Source: Lepidodermella squamata (Eukaryota; Animalia; Gastrotricha). From it: a stretch of DNA of 64,000 nucleotides. The stretch spans positions 2,170,001-2,234,000 of the forward strand of contig JBLDXI010000002.1 in assembly GCA_047495785.1 (NCBI GenBank), in the 5' to 3' direction. Shown here piece after piece: positions 34,296-47,590 of this stretch; the first letter of the stretch is position 1; each line of letters begins with the position of its first letter. The notes beneath the pieces are model-generated. The model searched no databases. It was not told the origin of the DNA and saw nothing but the letters and a program-made list of their open reading frames with translations. The position numbers and the translations under genes are program-made.

Positions 34296-37200
34296 TTCCA
34301 GTGACAAATCAGTCGGCGGTCAGGGGCCAGAAATGATGAAAAAAAATCATAAAAATCTACTGAGAAAATAGATTATTATTATATCATCTCTCACGCGATA
34401 CGAGCCACGTGTCATCATCGTTATAAAGCAAACAATATTATCGATAAATTTTCGTGGCTTTATACATACTAGTATTAGATTTTTGGCTCTCGCTTCGACG
34501 ACGATAAGTGGATGATAATATCATACAGACACGCGTTCGAGGTTATCTGATGCATGTAAAAGGGTGTTTGCTGCGCCTGCCTAATAATTTGTGCCTGCTA
34601 TGGTGCATCCATCATATATCGTGTGGTGAAAGCCGAACAAGAGAACAAGACGCCAATCAATACATACAAACAAAGCCGTGTATACATTTGGCCGCGGATG
34701 GCCGGGGAACACGCCGAGTAAGACTCTTCTTCGGCCATTGAGCGAAAAGATTTACATTAGATTATATTAGCGCCAAGAATAAAAAGCAGGTTTTAACACT
34801 ACGAACGAACGGCTGCTACTATAGGACTACAAAAGCGACGAAGAAACATATTTTCGGCGTTTTATCGCCGCCGAAAATTGCGGGATTATTACTTCATCCG
34901 TGCGCTTATAAGCAAACACTGAAAGCCGAGACAAAAAGGTGGACTCGCATGCAAGGCGTTTACGGTAATGTGTAGCCGTTCACGGGCAAGTGGTCACTCG
35001 TTGTTTTGCCGAGAATTTTGGCAGCGGCCACGTGTTTGTAGAAGAACTTTGCGTAAATAATAAAGGGCAATAATGACAGATAATGAAGAGAGACAGCACG
35101 CTGGCCATACTCCCAGCTCCTGTAAAAGCAAACACGCCATATACTTATGCACAAGTATTGTAAAACACGGTCCGACCATGTCAACCATGGCCGAGGCAAG
35201 CTTAATGCATTATAATATTATTATATTGACGATAAATAATGGCGACACACGCGATGAGCCAGATATTAGCCGGGCGATGGCTATAGCAAGCGCGAAAACA
35301 CTTGTCGATTTGGTCATATACAAAAATATCCATCGCAATATTTGACCAGCCACACGGCAGTAGCGCCAAAAACATCGCCGCCACCTTAATAGAATTATAG
35401 ATTTTTCGCGCAACATCATATCGCATTAAAAAATATCACTAGTATCTGTTACAGAAGAAACTTGAGAGTTGTAGCATGAAAACGCGTCTGCGTTGTTTTT
35501 GTTTGTTTATTTGCAATTCATCCCGCGTTGATTATCGGTAATAACGCGTATTATATTGCATTATAAAAGGTGACAACTTTCGCTCGATATAGATATATTT
35601 TCTAATGCGAACCTGCAGCTCCGGGCCGTCCCTAATGATTATGAAGGCTGCGTGAATATTTGAATGTATCGAAATAACGGCTGTATCTATACATATATAT
35701 ACGCGTTTTGCCAACAATAATAAAACAACAATCAACAACAGCGACAGGTTTATGCAGAGGGCTGGGCCTGAAAATAACGCGCGCGAGAGACGTGAATGGA
35801 TTGCTGTTGCAACAATCAATCGGTGAGATGGCGTGGACCCGGAAGCAATGTTTTGAAACGCAAGCGTGAATAATAATTGTTTCGACCATTTACGTTTACT
35901 ATACGCGCGCGATAAAGTGCCTATACCTAGTGAAAAATCGAAAGTGTTATAACAGCAGCGCACGCGCAATATGTGTTGCGAAAATATGATGATGATGATG
36001 GTGATGGGGGCGGAAGAGGAGTGTCCAAGGACTCGACGTAAACAAACGCGCTGCATCAGATCTCGAGGCAAGGGCTTCGATATACTTATAAATGCCGGCA
36101 CTTATTGAGATGGCCAGCCGCAGCAGCCAGCGGCCAGCGCGGCTAATAACAATCAAGATACCTACTCGCGCAGATGTTTTCTACAGCGGCTAATGCGAGG
36201 GGGTGGGGTTGTAGTAGTATATAACCTAGCACCGATGAATAAAGTGTTGGCTTTCACGATATTAAGGCGGGTTTCTCAGCAGGGTAAATGATTATTTTAC
36301 AACCATATACCAACAAGGTAAAATACACTCGATCAGCAGTTATTATAATATTGTTATTCCGCGCCGTTGTTATGTAGAGGGCGCATCTCCGCGGTGAGAA
36401 GTCGTAAACGCGAAAAGGTATTTCGTATTATTATCATATAACAAGGCAAACATATGCGCGAGAGGCACGCGCTCTCAAAAAATCGCGCGTGCATGCCGCA
36501 ACAAAACTGCGCAATAATAATCACACAAGGTATTTTTTGGTTCTTTCTACGCGCATTTGTTTACAAGAAAAATAACACACTGATCATCGTGCATTTGTTA
36601 CTTTGTTCGCCGTGATTGATGGCCGCGCTGATATAAGCAGTACAGAGCCAACGAGCTGTATCGCATCGGGGCGGCGATCAGTCCCGCCGCCCAACCGAAT
36701 TAATAACTTCATTAGCGATACCAGCCGCGCACCGGGCATGAACTCGCGACTTTCATTACCTCTGTTGTTGTGTGATTCGCGAGAAATCGAGAAATAATAA
36801 CAACCGATTTTGCACCATTTTTCCGTGCAAGAAATTTTTAAGGTGCCAACAGATGTTCGCGTGACTTGAAATAAGACTAGTATAGGCAAGATAAGAAAAA
36901 ACGCGTATTATGAAACGTAAAGGAAACCACGTTGTTAAATAAATATTTGAGTGAAAAATAAAAAATAATTAAGATAAATTACGCTCGTGTTGTGAAACTT
37001 AGCGTCATTATTATACCACGGATAAAATACTAATGTGAACTTTCGCGCCATCATTTTTCAACTTTTCAACGATAGCAACTAAAAACCAGCCGTATATATT
37101 ATTACACGTTAAGTAATAACAATACAGTTAATTTATTTTTTTCTATTTGTGTTCAGCTGCTTATAAGACTGACCAACGAAAACATGCCTTTGGCGCCGTA

Positions 37201-40200
37201 ATAAACACCATGTTATACATAAATTTGTCGCTAAAATTTCGCGCGCTGCCCCTTCTTATATATATATGGCGCGCAAAATACGAACAAACTTTTTCGTCGT
37301 CGTGATAAACAAACTTCGAAAAAACTTCTTTGATGCAATTATGGTACAACACGAAAAATCTCGTCAAATCAAATTATAGCGCCTATTTAACCCAGCGATA
37401 AGTTATTAAGGCGCATTGATAAATGTGCCCCGCGGTATCTAACAAAATTTGAATTGAGTGAACGGAAAAATGTAAGAGATTGCTATTTTTGCGGCTTCAA
37501 GTACGCGCGCTTCTCAACAGCTATAAATGGCGCGTGGCCACTTTGGCTTTTGGACAGCGAAAAACATCTCGGACGCTCGCTCAACCAAATCAAAAGTAGC
37601 CCGATGGCGCAACGGCAGTAATAAATAATAATCATCGCAAATCCAAATATATCGTCAAAAAGCGACATTATATTGCACGCGTTTATATCGTGTCGGAAAG
37701 TTTTCCGGCGCGGCCTTGCGCAATTCAATTACAAGTACACGTCAGGGCGGCGAAAAATAGGTACTAATAAGCGATGGAATCGCGAAAAATGCATACTACA
37801 AAACAACACGTCAATCAAAACCGGTAGCTTTTTGCGCGATGCTGATGATGATATAAGTAATGGTATGGGGAAAAATCGCTACATCAGTTGGAAAATAAAT
37901 AAAACACCATATTATTCACCGCGTCAAAAAAATAATAATGGTATCAAAAATTCATCATCACTATTGTCTCACCCCGAGTTGTTTGCGAGCGTGCCGAGTG
38001 CCGAGATTTTCAAAAATATCACAATACTCACGCACGTTTTTGCCGCGAGTTGATAAAACTTGTGGATTAGTCGTCACATTATACGTTGTTTTGCGCGCCT
38101 CAATGCCAGGCCTTATTATTATACTAGAAAATAATACGATATAGCTAAAGATAAGTCAAGGTTTGTTTATTAGCAGGCTATTTTTGCGAAAATTTGTTGA
38201 AAAAGAGAGGTTAGCCGCGATTGATAAGTGCCCGCGAGGCCTTTAAGAATCGTGCCACACGCGAGAATATAAACTACTCTAGTGGCCTCTGGAATTCGGG
38301 CTAAAGAGTTATGCCCTCGAGAATTAAAAGAAACACATGCTGTGAAAACGGTAATTGAAATTTGCAAAGTAGTATTTTTCGTTATTTGCGACCGGTTTAA
38401 AATAAACTGTTCGCGGTGAAAGAGAGAGAAAGGAAAAACAATCGAGAAAATGTTGTCTGGCGTGTGATACAACGCTTTATTGACGCAACACACGCGAAAT
38501 CCGTGCCGGTGGAGCTTCCGAAAAAGCATTATAACGCAACCAAAAAATTTGCTCGTTTCCAAAAGGTGGCAAACAAGGCTGTATAAAACGAAACAATAAA
38601 GTAGTAGCTAGCCTTAATGAGACAGCGGAAATGTCGTTAATTCTAGCACCGCAAGAAAATACGTTTCACAAAAATTAAGGTCTTTGTTGTCATCCGCGCG
38701 TGTCAATATATAATAATGTCTCTAGCTCACGAAAAAGAAGCGTGCAGATTAGCCACAAGAATTTTTCAGGCCGTGATTTACATTATTCGGCCCTTTATAC
38801 CTATTATTAATTTTTCGGCGTATAGCAGCGCATGATCTATGTCAATTGTAAACAATATTTCTTTGCACGCTGCTCAGCGTCCGTCAAATTGTTTCGCCGA
38901 AATTCAATAACAATTATTCAAATTGCGCTCTACGCTTTTTATACATATAAGTAATGATCGCAGAACGCGTGCGAAAAGGTGTCAACTGACCGCGACGCTA
39001 ATCGAGAATTTTTCGATTCTCGTTTTGCAAAATGACAAGGACAGATAATGCGTTTTTTGCGAGATAAGTGCGGTACCACAGCAATAAAAAAAATCGGCTT
39101 TTGACCTGCTGATAAAAGTGCGAAAAATGCATGCACATAAAAATTAAGGCAAGAGTCACACCTTTTCGACGCGGCTATTATATGCATTTCATGCCACATA
39201 CTTATTTTTTCCTGCTCTTTAGCTGTTGGCCTTAGGTAAATAATAAGAGGCTAAACAGTAAAAAAGGGCACAAGGCCGCCGCTATAAGTGCCAGCTACAG
39301 GTAAGGCTCATGCTTTTTGGCAAAGATGGATATGGCGAAACGGTGATGATAGTGCATCTATGTAATTATTTTGCAAACAATTGTGAGGAAGCATCTTGGC
39401 CTAAAGAAAATAACGCAGAGCAAACAAATTCACATGATCCTCCTCATCATCAGCATACGTGCTGCAGACAAAGAGAGCACCCGTTGGCCAGTGCGAGTCG
39501 AGTATACAAAAAAACAAAAATGCTAATATGCTATTACTTCATATAACACGTAATTATAGACTGTATATTGCGTATTGGCCCAATTACTCTAGGCCGGTAC
39601 TGCTGTTCAGAAGAATCGCCGTGGCTCTAGAGCATACACCTTTTATTTCTATTATAATATAGCATTTCCTATTACTGTAAATCGCTGCCGTGATACAAAA
39701 TACAGCTTTTTTACACATATAAACAATGGCGGGGAGTTCAACGCGAGCAAATATATACAGTGTCGACATAATAAAAAACGATAATAGAGATAAAAATGCG
39801 CATATTATCGGGTGTCACCGGGTATTATATTTATACCATAAAAAACTGTGGTGGCATAAACGAGAGATATAAAATAAATTATGATAAAGGATCAAGAAAT
39901 GCGCGAAAAAAACAGTGTTGAGTAGTTTAGTCAATCGTAAAAAAATTACTGTCAAGAGGGAGATCAAATAACACAGCAAAAAAATCACTTCGCGCCGCAG
40001 AAGGCGCGTGGGCGACGAAAAAGCGCGCCCCACTGGCACCCGGTCGCTTCCTCCCTAATGACAAAAAATAGAAGCAACTTTAAATGTTCAGTGCATTTGA
40101 CTGTGATGATGCTACTTACTGCTGCCACTTATTGTAATTATTATCACAGCGGCATGAAATTTATCAAGGCTTGAAATATAGATGAGACGGGTTTATGACA

Positions 40201-40559
40201 CGATAACGGCTGCAATGCCGGCGACAGGATATACCTACTTATGCAGTGAACACGAGGTCAACCGCAGCTGGTTTGGCTCGAGCGGCGCGCGTGAGCGACG
40301 TGAGTCTTGACGCGCGCCGCCCGCCAACAAAGCGATGAAACACACTCGAGCCGACAACAAGCCCCTGCATGCACACGAGACATAATCTTATACTTGTCAG
40401 ACAAATGCACTGCCCGTGTTAAAATTGACATTATATTACACATTTATACAGCACCATGCACAGCTAAATGAAGGATAATTCAAGTAGTTTACGTGATGGC
40501 ATATTCAATGTAGGGCGCGACGGATGGGTCGCGATGCCATGGAGGACGCGAGCCAAATC

Positions 40560-41920
40560 TTGGCCAAGCCTAATTTGAATTTTTCGCATGAAAGCGAAGT
40601 GAAGTGACAAGCGAGGTCATGAATTGCGGAGTGACAGGGCCCATCGAGCCGCGAGATTTCGATCAATTAACCCCATCGAACCGAGAATAATGACATCCAG
40701 CGACCAATTAAGAACAATATTTAGCCAAAAATTACGATAGCTTCTCAACTAAAAATCGAGCAAATTATTAAGGCGGCAAATTATTCCACTGCCAGAGATG
40801 AAATGAGGAATGAAATCGATTCCTCTTGAAATGCAAATAACACACTCTGATCATACGTAAAAGGCTTTTAAGCTGAACAAATAAAAGACACTATACTGCG
40901 CCCCTCGCGAACAAAAACATTGAATTTCAACAACTCCTCCAGGCCTATAAAATAAAACAAATATTATAATTTATTGTAATTTTTCCATAAACAAACAAGC
41001 CGTTGAAAGAGCGTTTTTATTCAAATCCCAATAGGCAGTAGTAGGAAAAGGTTGTAAATTTATCCATATTTAAGGGTCCATATATCGCGGCTATTTTCGC
41101 TGAGTGGGCTAGAAAAGGCGCAGTCACTTAGCCGGGTTGATTCAACGGTACTACCCTGAGCAAGGTTCTCATCGCAATATTCAGGAAACAAGCTCGTCTT
41201 GTTTTTCTTCATAGTAGGAATAGGCTGACGGCTTTTTTGGTAATAAATGTTGATGATCCGCAAAGGTTATCGCGGTTCGAAGCGTCATTAATTCTGCACC
41301 TTCTCGCTTCAGCAGTTACCTTGAAAGTGAACCAACATTGAAACATTCCGAACCACTAATTGGAGTATCATCGACATTTCACTGGAGTTGGTTCGGAGGA
41401 ATCAGGAATATGTGCATGATTTCTTGAAATAAGACCCGAACAGGCAGGTTTCCAGTACATACAGCTTACCAATACTAAGCCATTGACCCTACCAATCGAT
41501 CATGTAAGCAAACGCGCCAGCATGTTCAAACTCAAGGATTACAGGAGTCAATTCACCAGAACTTTCAGTAACAGTTTCCACGCCTCATCGAATTGGCCTT
41601 CTTTTGAGGCGATCGGGCCTTATTTGTTGGTTTCAAATGAACCGGTTGAAGCGATGCAAGAAAGCCAACTTGATTGAAGAACTCTTCAGAATTCTTTCAC
41701 ACTCATCGGAAAAAGACAATTTAATCTCCAACCATAATCTCCACACATGTTGACAATAGGCCTTCTACACAGTGTATATTGGGTCAAATGCTGAAAGCTT
41801 TTCTGCTGCCTTGAAGGTTAAATGACAACGTATTAACACCTATATGATGGACAAAAAAATTACCAATTTCGTTCGGTTTATGCCGATATTTTCCGGAAGT
41901 GAAAAGACAAATTTAACCAT
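40560..41920 (-). pseudogene. Decayed duplicates of the TAF7 3' end, the intergenic spacer and the N-terminal part of the 50428-52758 gene
   Basis: ~40912-41215 aligns by eye with ~52790-53090; peptides EGQFDEAWKLLL, FEHAGAFAYM, LNWSLDV and IHDLACHF match ENKFDEAYELLL, FEEAAAFAYL, LSNWSFLV and IYDLLLHY, with stops and frameshifts. Confidence 0.8.
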
Positions 41921-42324
41921 CGAAAGCGATTCGCATCAATAGTTTACTAATCATTAAATACGCTTTGACAGCAACGATTAATGACAAAATTAGGTAACAA
42001 AATTGCATCATTTTTGAATGTAAGTAGGTACAACCAGCAGTAGATTTCATCATCATCACCGTTCATCAGAAAACATACAATCCGAAAAACAACTATACTT
42101 TACACAATTATATCGAGATTCGACATTCAAGTCTTCAAATCAAGCTAAAATATAAAAAACACGAGATATTATCCGCCAGGCAATATTTTTACATTTTATT
42201 CGAATGACCTCAGATCATTATAGGTAGTAAACAACACGTATGGCAGAGAAATTGAGACTCGGATGAAAATTCGTTGGAAAAAACCAGATAAAATCAAATG
42301 TTATTTCTGACAGTTCGAATGAGA

Positions 42325-42967
42325 TCAGCCGCCACCTGGTAACGAACTCGAGTAGTCAGCCGCCACTCGATCGTAAGCTTGGCGCATTCTCATGACTAGG
42401 CGCATGTCTCGGGCCATGATAGTGACTCGCTTTGCGTGAATCGCCGCCATCAACGAGTCTTCGAAGATCTGAATCAGAAATGCCTCGCTTGCTTCTTGTA
42501 GGGCCATGATGGCTAGCGGCACGATGCGGTAAGTGTTCCAGTCACGCGGTCTCAAGTTTTGAACTACTTCACGGACGAGACGTTGAAATGGACGGCGACG
42601 AATGAGTAAATCGGTCGATTTTTGGTATTTGCGAATTTCTCTCAAAGCAACAGTTCCGGGTAAAAAACGATGCTTTTTCTTCACAGTTTGAGATGGCTGG
42701 GATCGATTTGGAGATCTGGCAGGAGACGAAGGTCGGCCACGACCGCGGCCAGGCGGCAAAGGGCGAGCTAGAATCGGACGAAATTATCGCATTTCAGACC
42801 AACCTGAAATGTAACCTACCATTTGAATCTGGAGATCGAAGCACCTTGCCTTTAGATTTCCGCTTTTGAGCACCGGTAACAATCTTCGTCAGCTCGCCAC
42901 TCACAACTGAAGCGTCTGAAGACTCTGTAACTGTATTTTCGGCATTTCTATTTCTAGCCGGCGCCAT
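42325..42967 (-). CDS. CENPA: Centromeric histone H3 variant (cenH3); exons 42967-42820 and 42767-42325
   Basis: H3 fold ([20 protein letters not shown]...[10 protein letters not shown]) with an unrelated long N-tail, extended loop 1 ([15 protein letters not shown]), F84 and T107 replaced; contains an intron. Confidence 0.85.
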
Positions 42968-43313
42968 GAACCAATTCGGCGAGAAAATTTTTGATTAAAA
43001 TTTCTAAAAACATATCAACACAAAAATTGTTTGATTTGTTATTGCAAAAAATTCGACATCATTATTTTTCACTGTTTCTGAGATACACGTTGAAGTACAA
43101 AAATCGGCCAACTTGTAAATAACTGAGACAGTAGCTAGTGACGGGTCAAGTGGGGCCTAAACGAGGCACTAATCGCTAGAAAACAAAATATGCAAGGGCG
43201 CACGAGGTTTTAATATTAACAGTCAAAGTTGGCTAGCAAGAATCATTATTTTACAACAGACATCAACATAATGGCAATAAGAAACAAAGCGCGATAACTA
43301 AACGATGAATGAA

Positions 43314-43769
43314 TCACATTGCTTGAGACGGGCCTTGGCTGTGATGCATCAACATTTGACCAGGATGCATTGGCGGCATAGGAGGCTTGTGGATTAACGA
43401 TTTGTGGATATGGGGAATGACACCACCGCCAGCGATAGTTGCCTTAATCATCGTGTCCAACTCTTCGTCGCCACGAATAGCTAGTTGCAGATGGCGAGGA
43501 GTGATACGTCTGACCTTCAGATCCTTACTGGCATTACCCGCTAGCTCGAGAACTTCGGCAGTCAGGTACTCCAAGATGGCCGCAGTGTACACCGCAGCAG
43601 TAGCACCGACTCGTCCGTTGCTAGTTGTGCGTTCTTTCAGCTGTCTGTGAATGCGACCGACTGGAAACTGCAGGCCAGCTCGCTGGGAACGAGAAAGGGC
43701 TGCCTTGTTACCGCCTCCCATCATTCCCATTTTGGTCATGTCGGGCTTTCCCATTTTAGCAGAAGCCAT
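43314..43769 (-). CDS. H2AZ: Histone H2A.Z-type variant with atypical tails
   Basis: [36 protein letters not shown] and [18 protein letters not shown] are H2A.Z-diagnostic. Confidence 0.9.
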   Translation of the reverse strand: MASAKMGKPDMTKMGMMGGGNKAALSRSQRAGLQFPVGRIHRQLKERTTSNGRVGATAAVYTAAILEYLTAEVLELAGNASKDLKVRRITPRHLQLAIRGDEELDTMIKATIAGGGVIPHIHKSLIHKPPMPPMHPGQMLMHHSQGPSQAM

Positions 43770-44599
43770 TTTCACCGAAGCTTAATTAACAATATCTATC
43801 AAGGGGAACCAAGAGTAATTAGAGCTTAGAGCCAGGACTAAAATTATAAGATAACATAAAACGTAATCACTAATAAGAACGTAACGTAATAAGATAACAT
43901 AAACGTAAAACCTTGAAAACAGAAAAGGTACAAGATCTGAGCCCGGATCTGAGTCGGTAAAACTCCAGTATCGGGTATCGATCTAAAAATTGTTGCGACA
44001 AAACAAGGAGGAACATCCCAGTCATGCAGGTTTGAGGTTTGGCAAATCGCGTTGACAATCTAAAGATGGTGAAAGTTCAAACATAAATGAATTCTTAATA
44101 TAAACGGTGACAGAAAGCAGACGTCAGCTATTCGCGTAAAACTAATGAAACCAAACAGTAAGAAAGAAGATAACTTCAAGCTTTAAGTAGCAGTGAACAG
44201 TGAACGTCTAGCGTCTAGCACTAACCAATCATAAAGTTTTTGCCAAACTTAACCATCAATCTGAAACGGGCTTGAATTGAGAAAATAAGAAGCGAGTAGC
44301 GTAAGAAAACTGCGGTGACAGGTGACAGGTAGCAAGGAGCAAGGAGCAGGGACAGGAGGGTATAGCTAACCCAGAAATTAAGGGCATCGGGGGATACAGC
44401 GCTTTCTTCACATCAGGTTTACCAACGGCAAACAATGGCGCGTGCTTAGTGCTGGAGCAAAAAGGTTGAAATTCAAAATTCGCGCGAAAATGCAAACCTT
44501 TATTATTGTAATCGCAGTTTAATTATTTTGATTAATTTTATTTGAAAATTTCATTTTTAGAAATGTCAAAAATTGCGCGCTGAAATTGAAAAATCGTTG

Positions 44600-44835
44600 T
44601 TCGGAATGCTGATAGATGGGCGGGGGTAGTTGGCTGGGTCTTTTTGGTCGCCTGACTTGAAGATGGGCGTCACGGTCGACTGAAGCCACTCGGTATGGAT
44701 GCAGCCGGTTCTTAGATTGCTTTGGAAGATGATAGTCATCGCTGGGCCGTTTGGATCCGAATCATGAACGCCTTTTAAACGGCTGTAAGGTATTCCGGGA
44801 TAGCCTGATGCCGCTTTCTTGACACCTGCGAAGTG
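44600..44835 (-). mobile_element. Degenerate LINE reverse-transcriptase N-terminal fragment
   Basis: Minus-strand translation PAMTIIFQSNLRTGCIHTEWLQSTVTPIFKSGDQKDPANY matches the LINE VTPIFKKGD...P.NYRPIS motif. Confidence 0.8.
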
Positions 44836-45551
44836 GTCGATTGCGAAAGGACGCCATGGTGCGTCGATTCGTCTTTCAGAGACCCGAATTGCACTGAAAA
44901 GTTGGAATAATCAGATTCAGTCGGGCTGTGATCAGCACCATCGTGGGTCGCGGGGCGGTTGCGCCGCCACGTATTCATGGGCTGAAGCGATAAGAGTTGC
45001 AGCTACCTGCATGTCGATTTTACCACCAACAGCATGTATCAGCAACAAGCCGACCGAGCGAGTCAGATACGGCATTATCCCTCGAGTATTTTCAAACAAG
45101 TTGCATGTCGAGTGTCGCGATGGTCAATCGTCTATTGTCTCTCGACGGTTAGCTAACAGTGAATCCGACCTCAAACTCGTGCTCGTTAAAAGCATCACCT
45201 TATGGGCAGTCCTACATCTGTTTTGGCTCTTGGGTCTGGGGAGTCGAGAGTCGTCTCTTAGAGTAAATTAGGAGGAAAGCGTCTGGCTAATGTTGATCCA
45301 GAGCTAAATACTCTAGAAGTCGTTCTTTACGATTAGAGTATTTTTTAATAGATGCACTCCCCGTAGCTGTTACCGTTTAATATTAAATAGATGTTAGTTG
45401 AAAATTCTAAGCAGGCAAAAATCACGGCTACCCGTGTCAAATTTGGCACTGGCGTCTGATCCATCTAATTCGCCATCTGAAACATTTCCTGAAAACTTTT
45501 ATGTTTTCTTTAGAAATTAATAGATCGAAAGCCGACGCTAATCTTTTCCAA

Positions 45552-47431
45552 ATGGAAAGCGTAAGGTGTAACTTGGCAGCTTCTGATTCTTGGCCAGCCG
45601 ACTGCGAGCCTCCGATCAGGTAATCTCGATTGTTTGAGCGCAAATTATTTGATTAAACAACAATTTTATTTAATAGCATGCAATCTCGACCGTTTGCTCC
45701 ACCGCAATATCCACTTGAAACTCACTCTGGCGATCTCACGATATCTTCACAATCAGAACACGACGCGCCTTTGACTTCACATGTTCAGCCTGATCGTAAA
45801 CCAGCAGCTACCGCAATGAACGTCAAAGATAATCTGCGTCCTCCTGCGTCTAATCGATCTGTTGGGCCCAGCAGCTCAAAGCCACAAGCTGCACCGCTCA
45901 GAAAGCCTCTCAATTCTGTTTCTGCGTCCCCTAGCGATAAAAAGCCGATCAAATCAGTCACTGCCTCGCCATCTGAGGCGAATAGTAGGAAACCAATAAA
46001 TACGATTTCATCTTCTCCGACTGCTGCGGCGGAAAGAGCTCCTGTTCAAGGAGCAATTCGTCGATTTGGCTCGTGGAGCAACCTTTCAGCAGCATCTCTA
46101 TCGAAAAATGACGGATCTTCGATTGCCCAGGAGCAAAAGCGACCTCCACCCTCAAACCGTATGGCTGCCCCTAGCGGAGTAAAGCCTTATGCGGCTACTG
46201 CGATGAAACCAATAAACTCAGTTTCAGCTTCCCCGACCGAGGCAGCTAGTCGAAAGCAGATTAACACAGTTTCTTCTTCACCAACCGGCGGGCCTGGTGC
46301 ATCACTTACCCATAGCGGTATTCGCCGAGTTGGATCTTCTGTCGGTCATACCACACCCTCAAATGCGATAGCAAAATCAACCAAACCAGCCGGCGTTCTT
46401 CGATCTGGCTCTACAGCAAGCGCGTTATCTCGCGTCCACCCTAAAGTAGCTGCGTTGACTTCAGTGAAAAAGGCACCATCCGCGGCTTCTCAGAATGCTT
46501 CTTTCATGATGAATGAGTCAGTTATGAGCTTCATTCCCACTGGCGAGGTCGACGCAGACGGTAACCAGCTGACAAAAACCGAGGAGGAACGCCTGAGAAT
46601 CGAGGTTGAAGTGGCTTATTGCCGCGCGATGCAGTACCAAATACTGCGGGCGAAGTTGCGAAAAGCCGCCGAATCTCAGGCGCGTGATGTCGTAGCGCAG
46701 TTATCAGCGCTGTGGGAAGAAACGCGTCGACTTCACGACAGTGCTGGGCAAAAGCGAGCCGAAGCTGCCGATATCAGGCGTCAACGCGAGCTTCATCTGG
46801 CTACTAAATTAGGAGGGGCTTCTTTGCTGCCGGAAGACGACGTTTTTGGCGAGAACTTGGGTAAAAACAACGGCACCCCGCTGGCGGGAAGTGGATCGGC
46901 TAGTCATCTTTCAGCTTCGAAGCGATCTCGACCAAAAGTCACTCGTTCAGCTAGCAAAAGTTCGGAATCTAACGAAAATTCGACTGATCTACGGACGGTT
47001 TGCGAGCTTCTAGGTAAATTAAATCTAATAAGTGTTTTGTTTTTATTCAAATTTCTCGTTTTGCAGCTCCGACTATGAAAGATTTGTCACTCCTAGCTGC
47101 GAGTATCGATAAAACACGGCATGCCCTGCCTATGAAAGATGTTGTTAATGCGTCAGTCGAAGAATTAACTGGCGCTATGCACTACTTTGAAGGCGCCCTG
47201 GTCGATATGCCGAAAATGGCGAAAATGGCCGTAACTGCCAGTAACGAGTCGATAACACCCACGGGTGAAATAATCGCTAATTACCGCGAATCGGCTCAAT
47301 CGCTCGGCCATGAATGCCTGCAAACTGGCAGTGCTCTTCAAATCGCCGGTGAAATGGCTGTTCACGCCCTGGCTTTGGACGAATGCGCCCGGTTGAAGGC
47401 GAAAAATAACGACTGGACATCGAGGGCTTGA
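45552..47431 (+). CDS. HAUS8: Augmin/HAUS complex subunit 8-like; exons 45552-45619, 45677-47012 and 47067-47431
   Basis: Basic Ser/Pro-rich N-terminus; YCRAMQYQILRAK coiled coil; LAASIDKTRHALPMKDV matches HAUS8 ALDTTRHELP. Confidence 0.7.
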
Positions 47432-47590
47432 TTAAAAATATCGCAATTTTTCGATTTCACTGCTATTAAACGCACGTTTTGATTTTTAGCGAAAAAAATG
47501 AGTAATAAAATTTGCACGTGGTTTTATTGTTTCAACATTGGTTTTGCCCCGAATTTTAATTTTTGCATCACGCAACAGGCGCATTTTATT

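Noticed and set aside
32229-35389. TTAA-GGYGG ... CCRCC-TTAA pairs as Kolobok/piggyBac MITE ends
   Set aside because: Copies do not pair into elements of consistent length, pairs would enclose host exons, and similarity extends on the TTAA side. Not excluded genome-wide.
34500-40450. Numerous 60-190 aa ORFs on both strands
   Set aside because: No recognisable domains or consistent splice structure; many start at non-ATG codons; composition looks non-coding.
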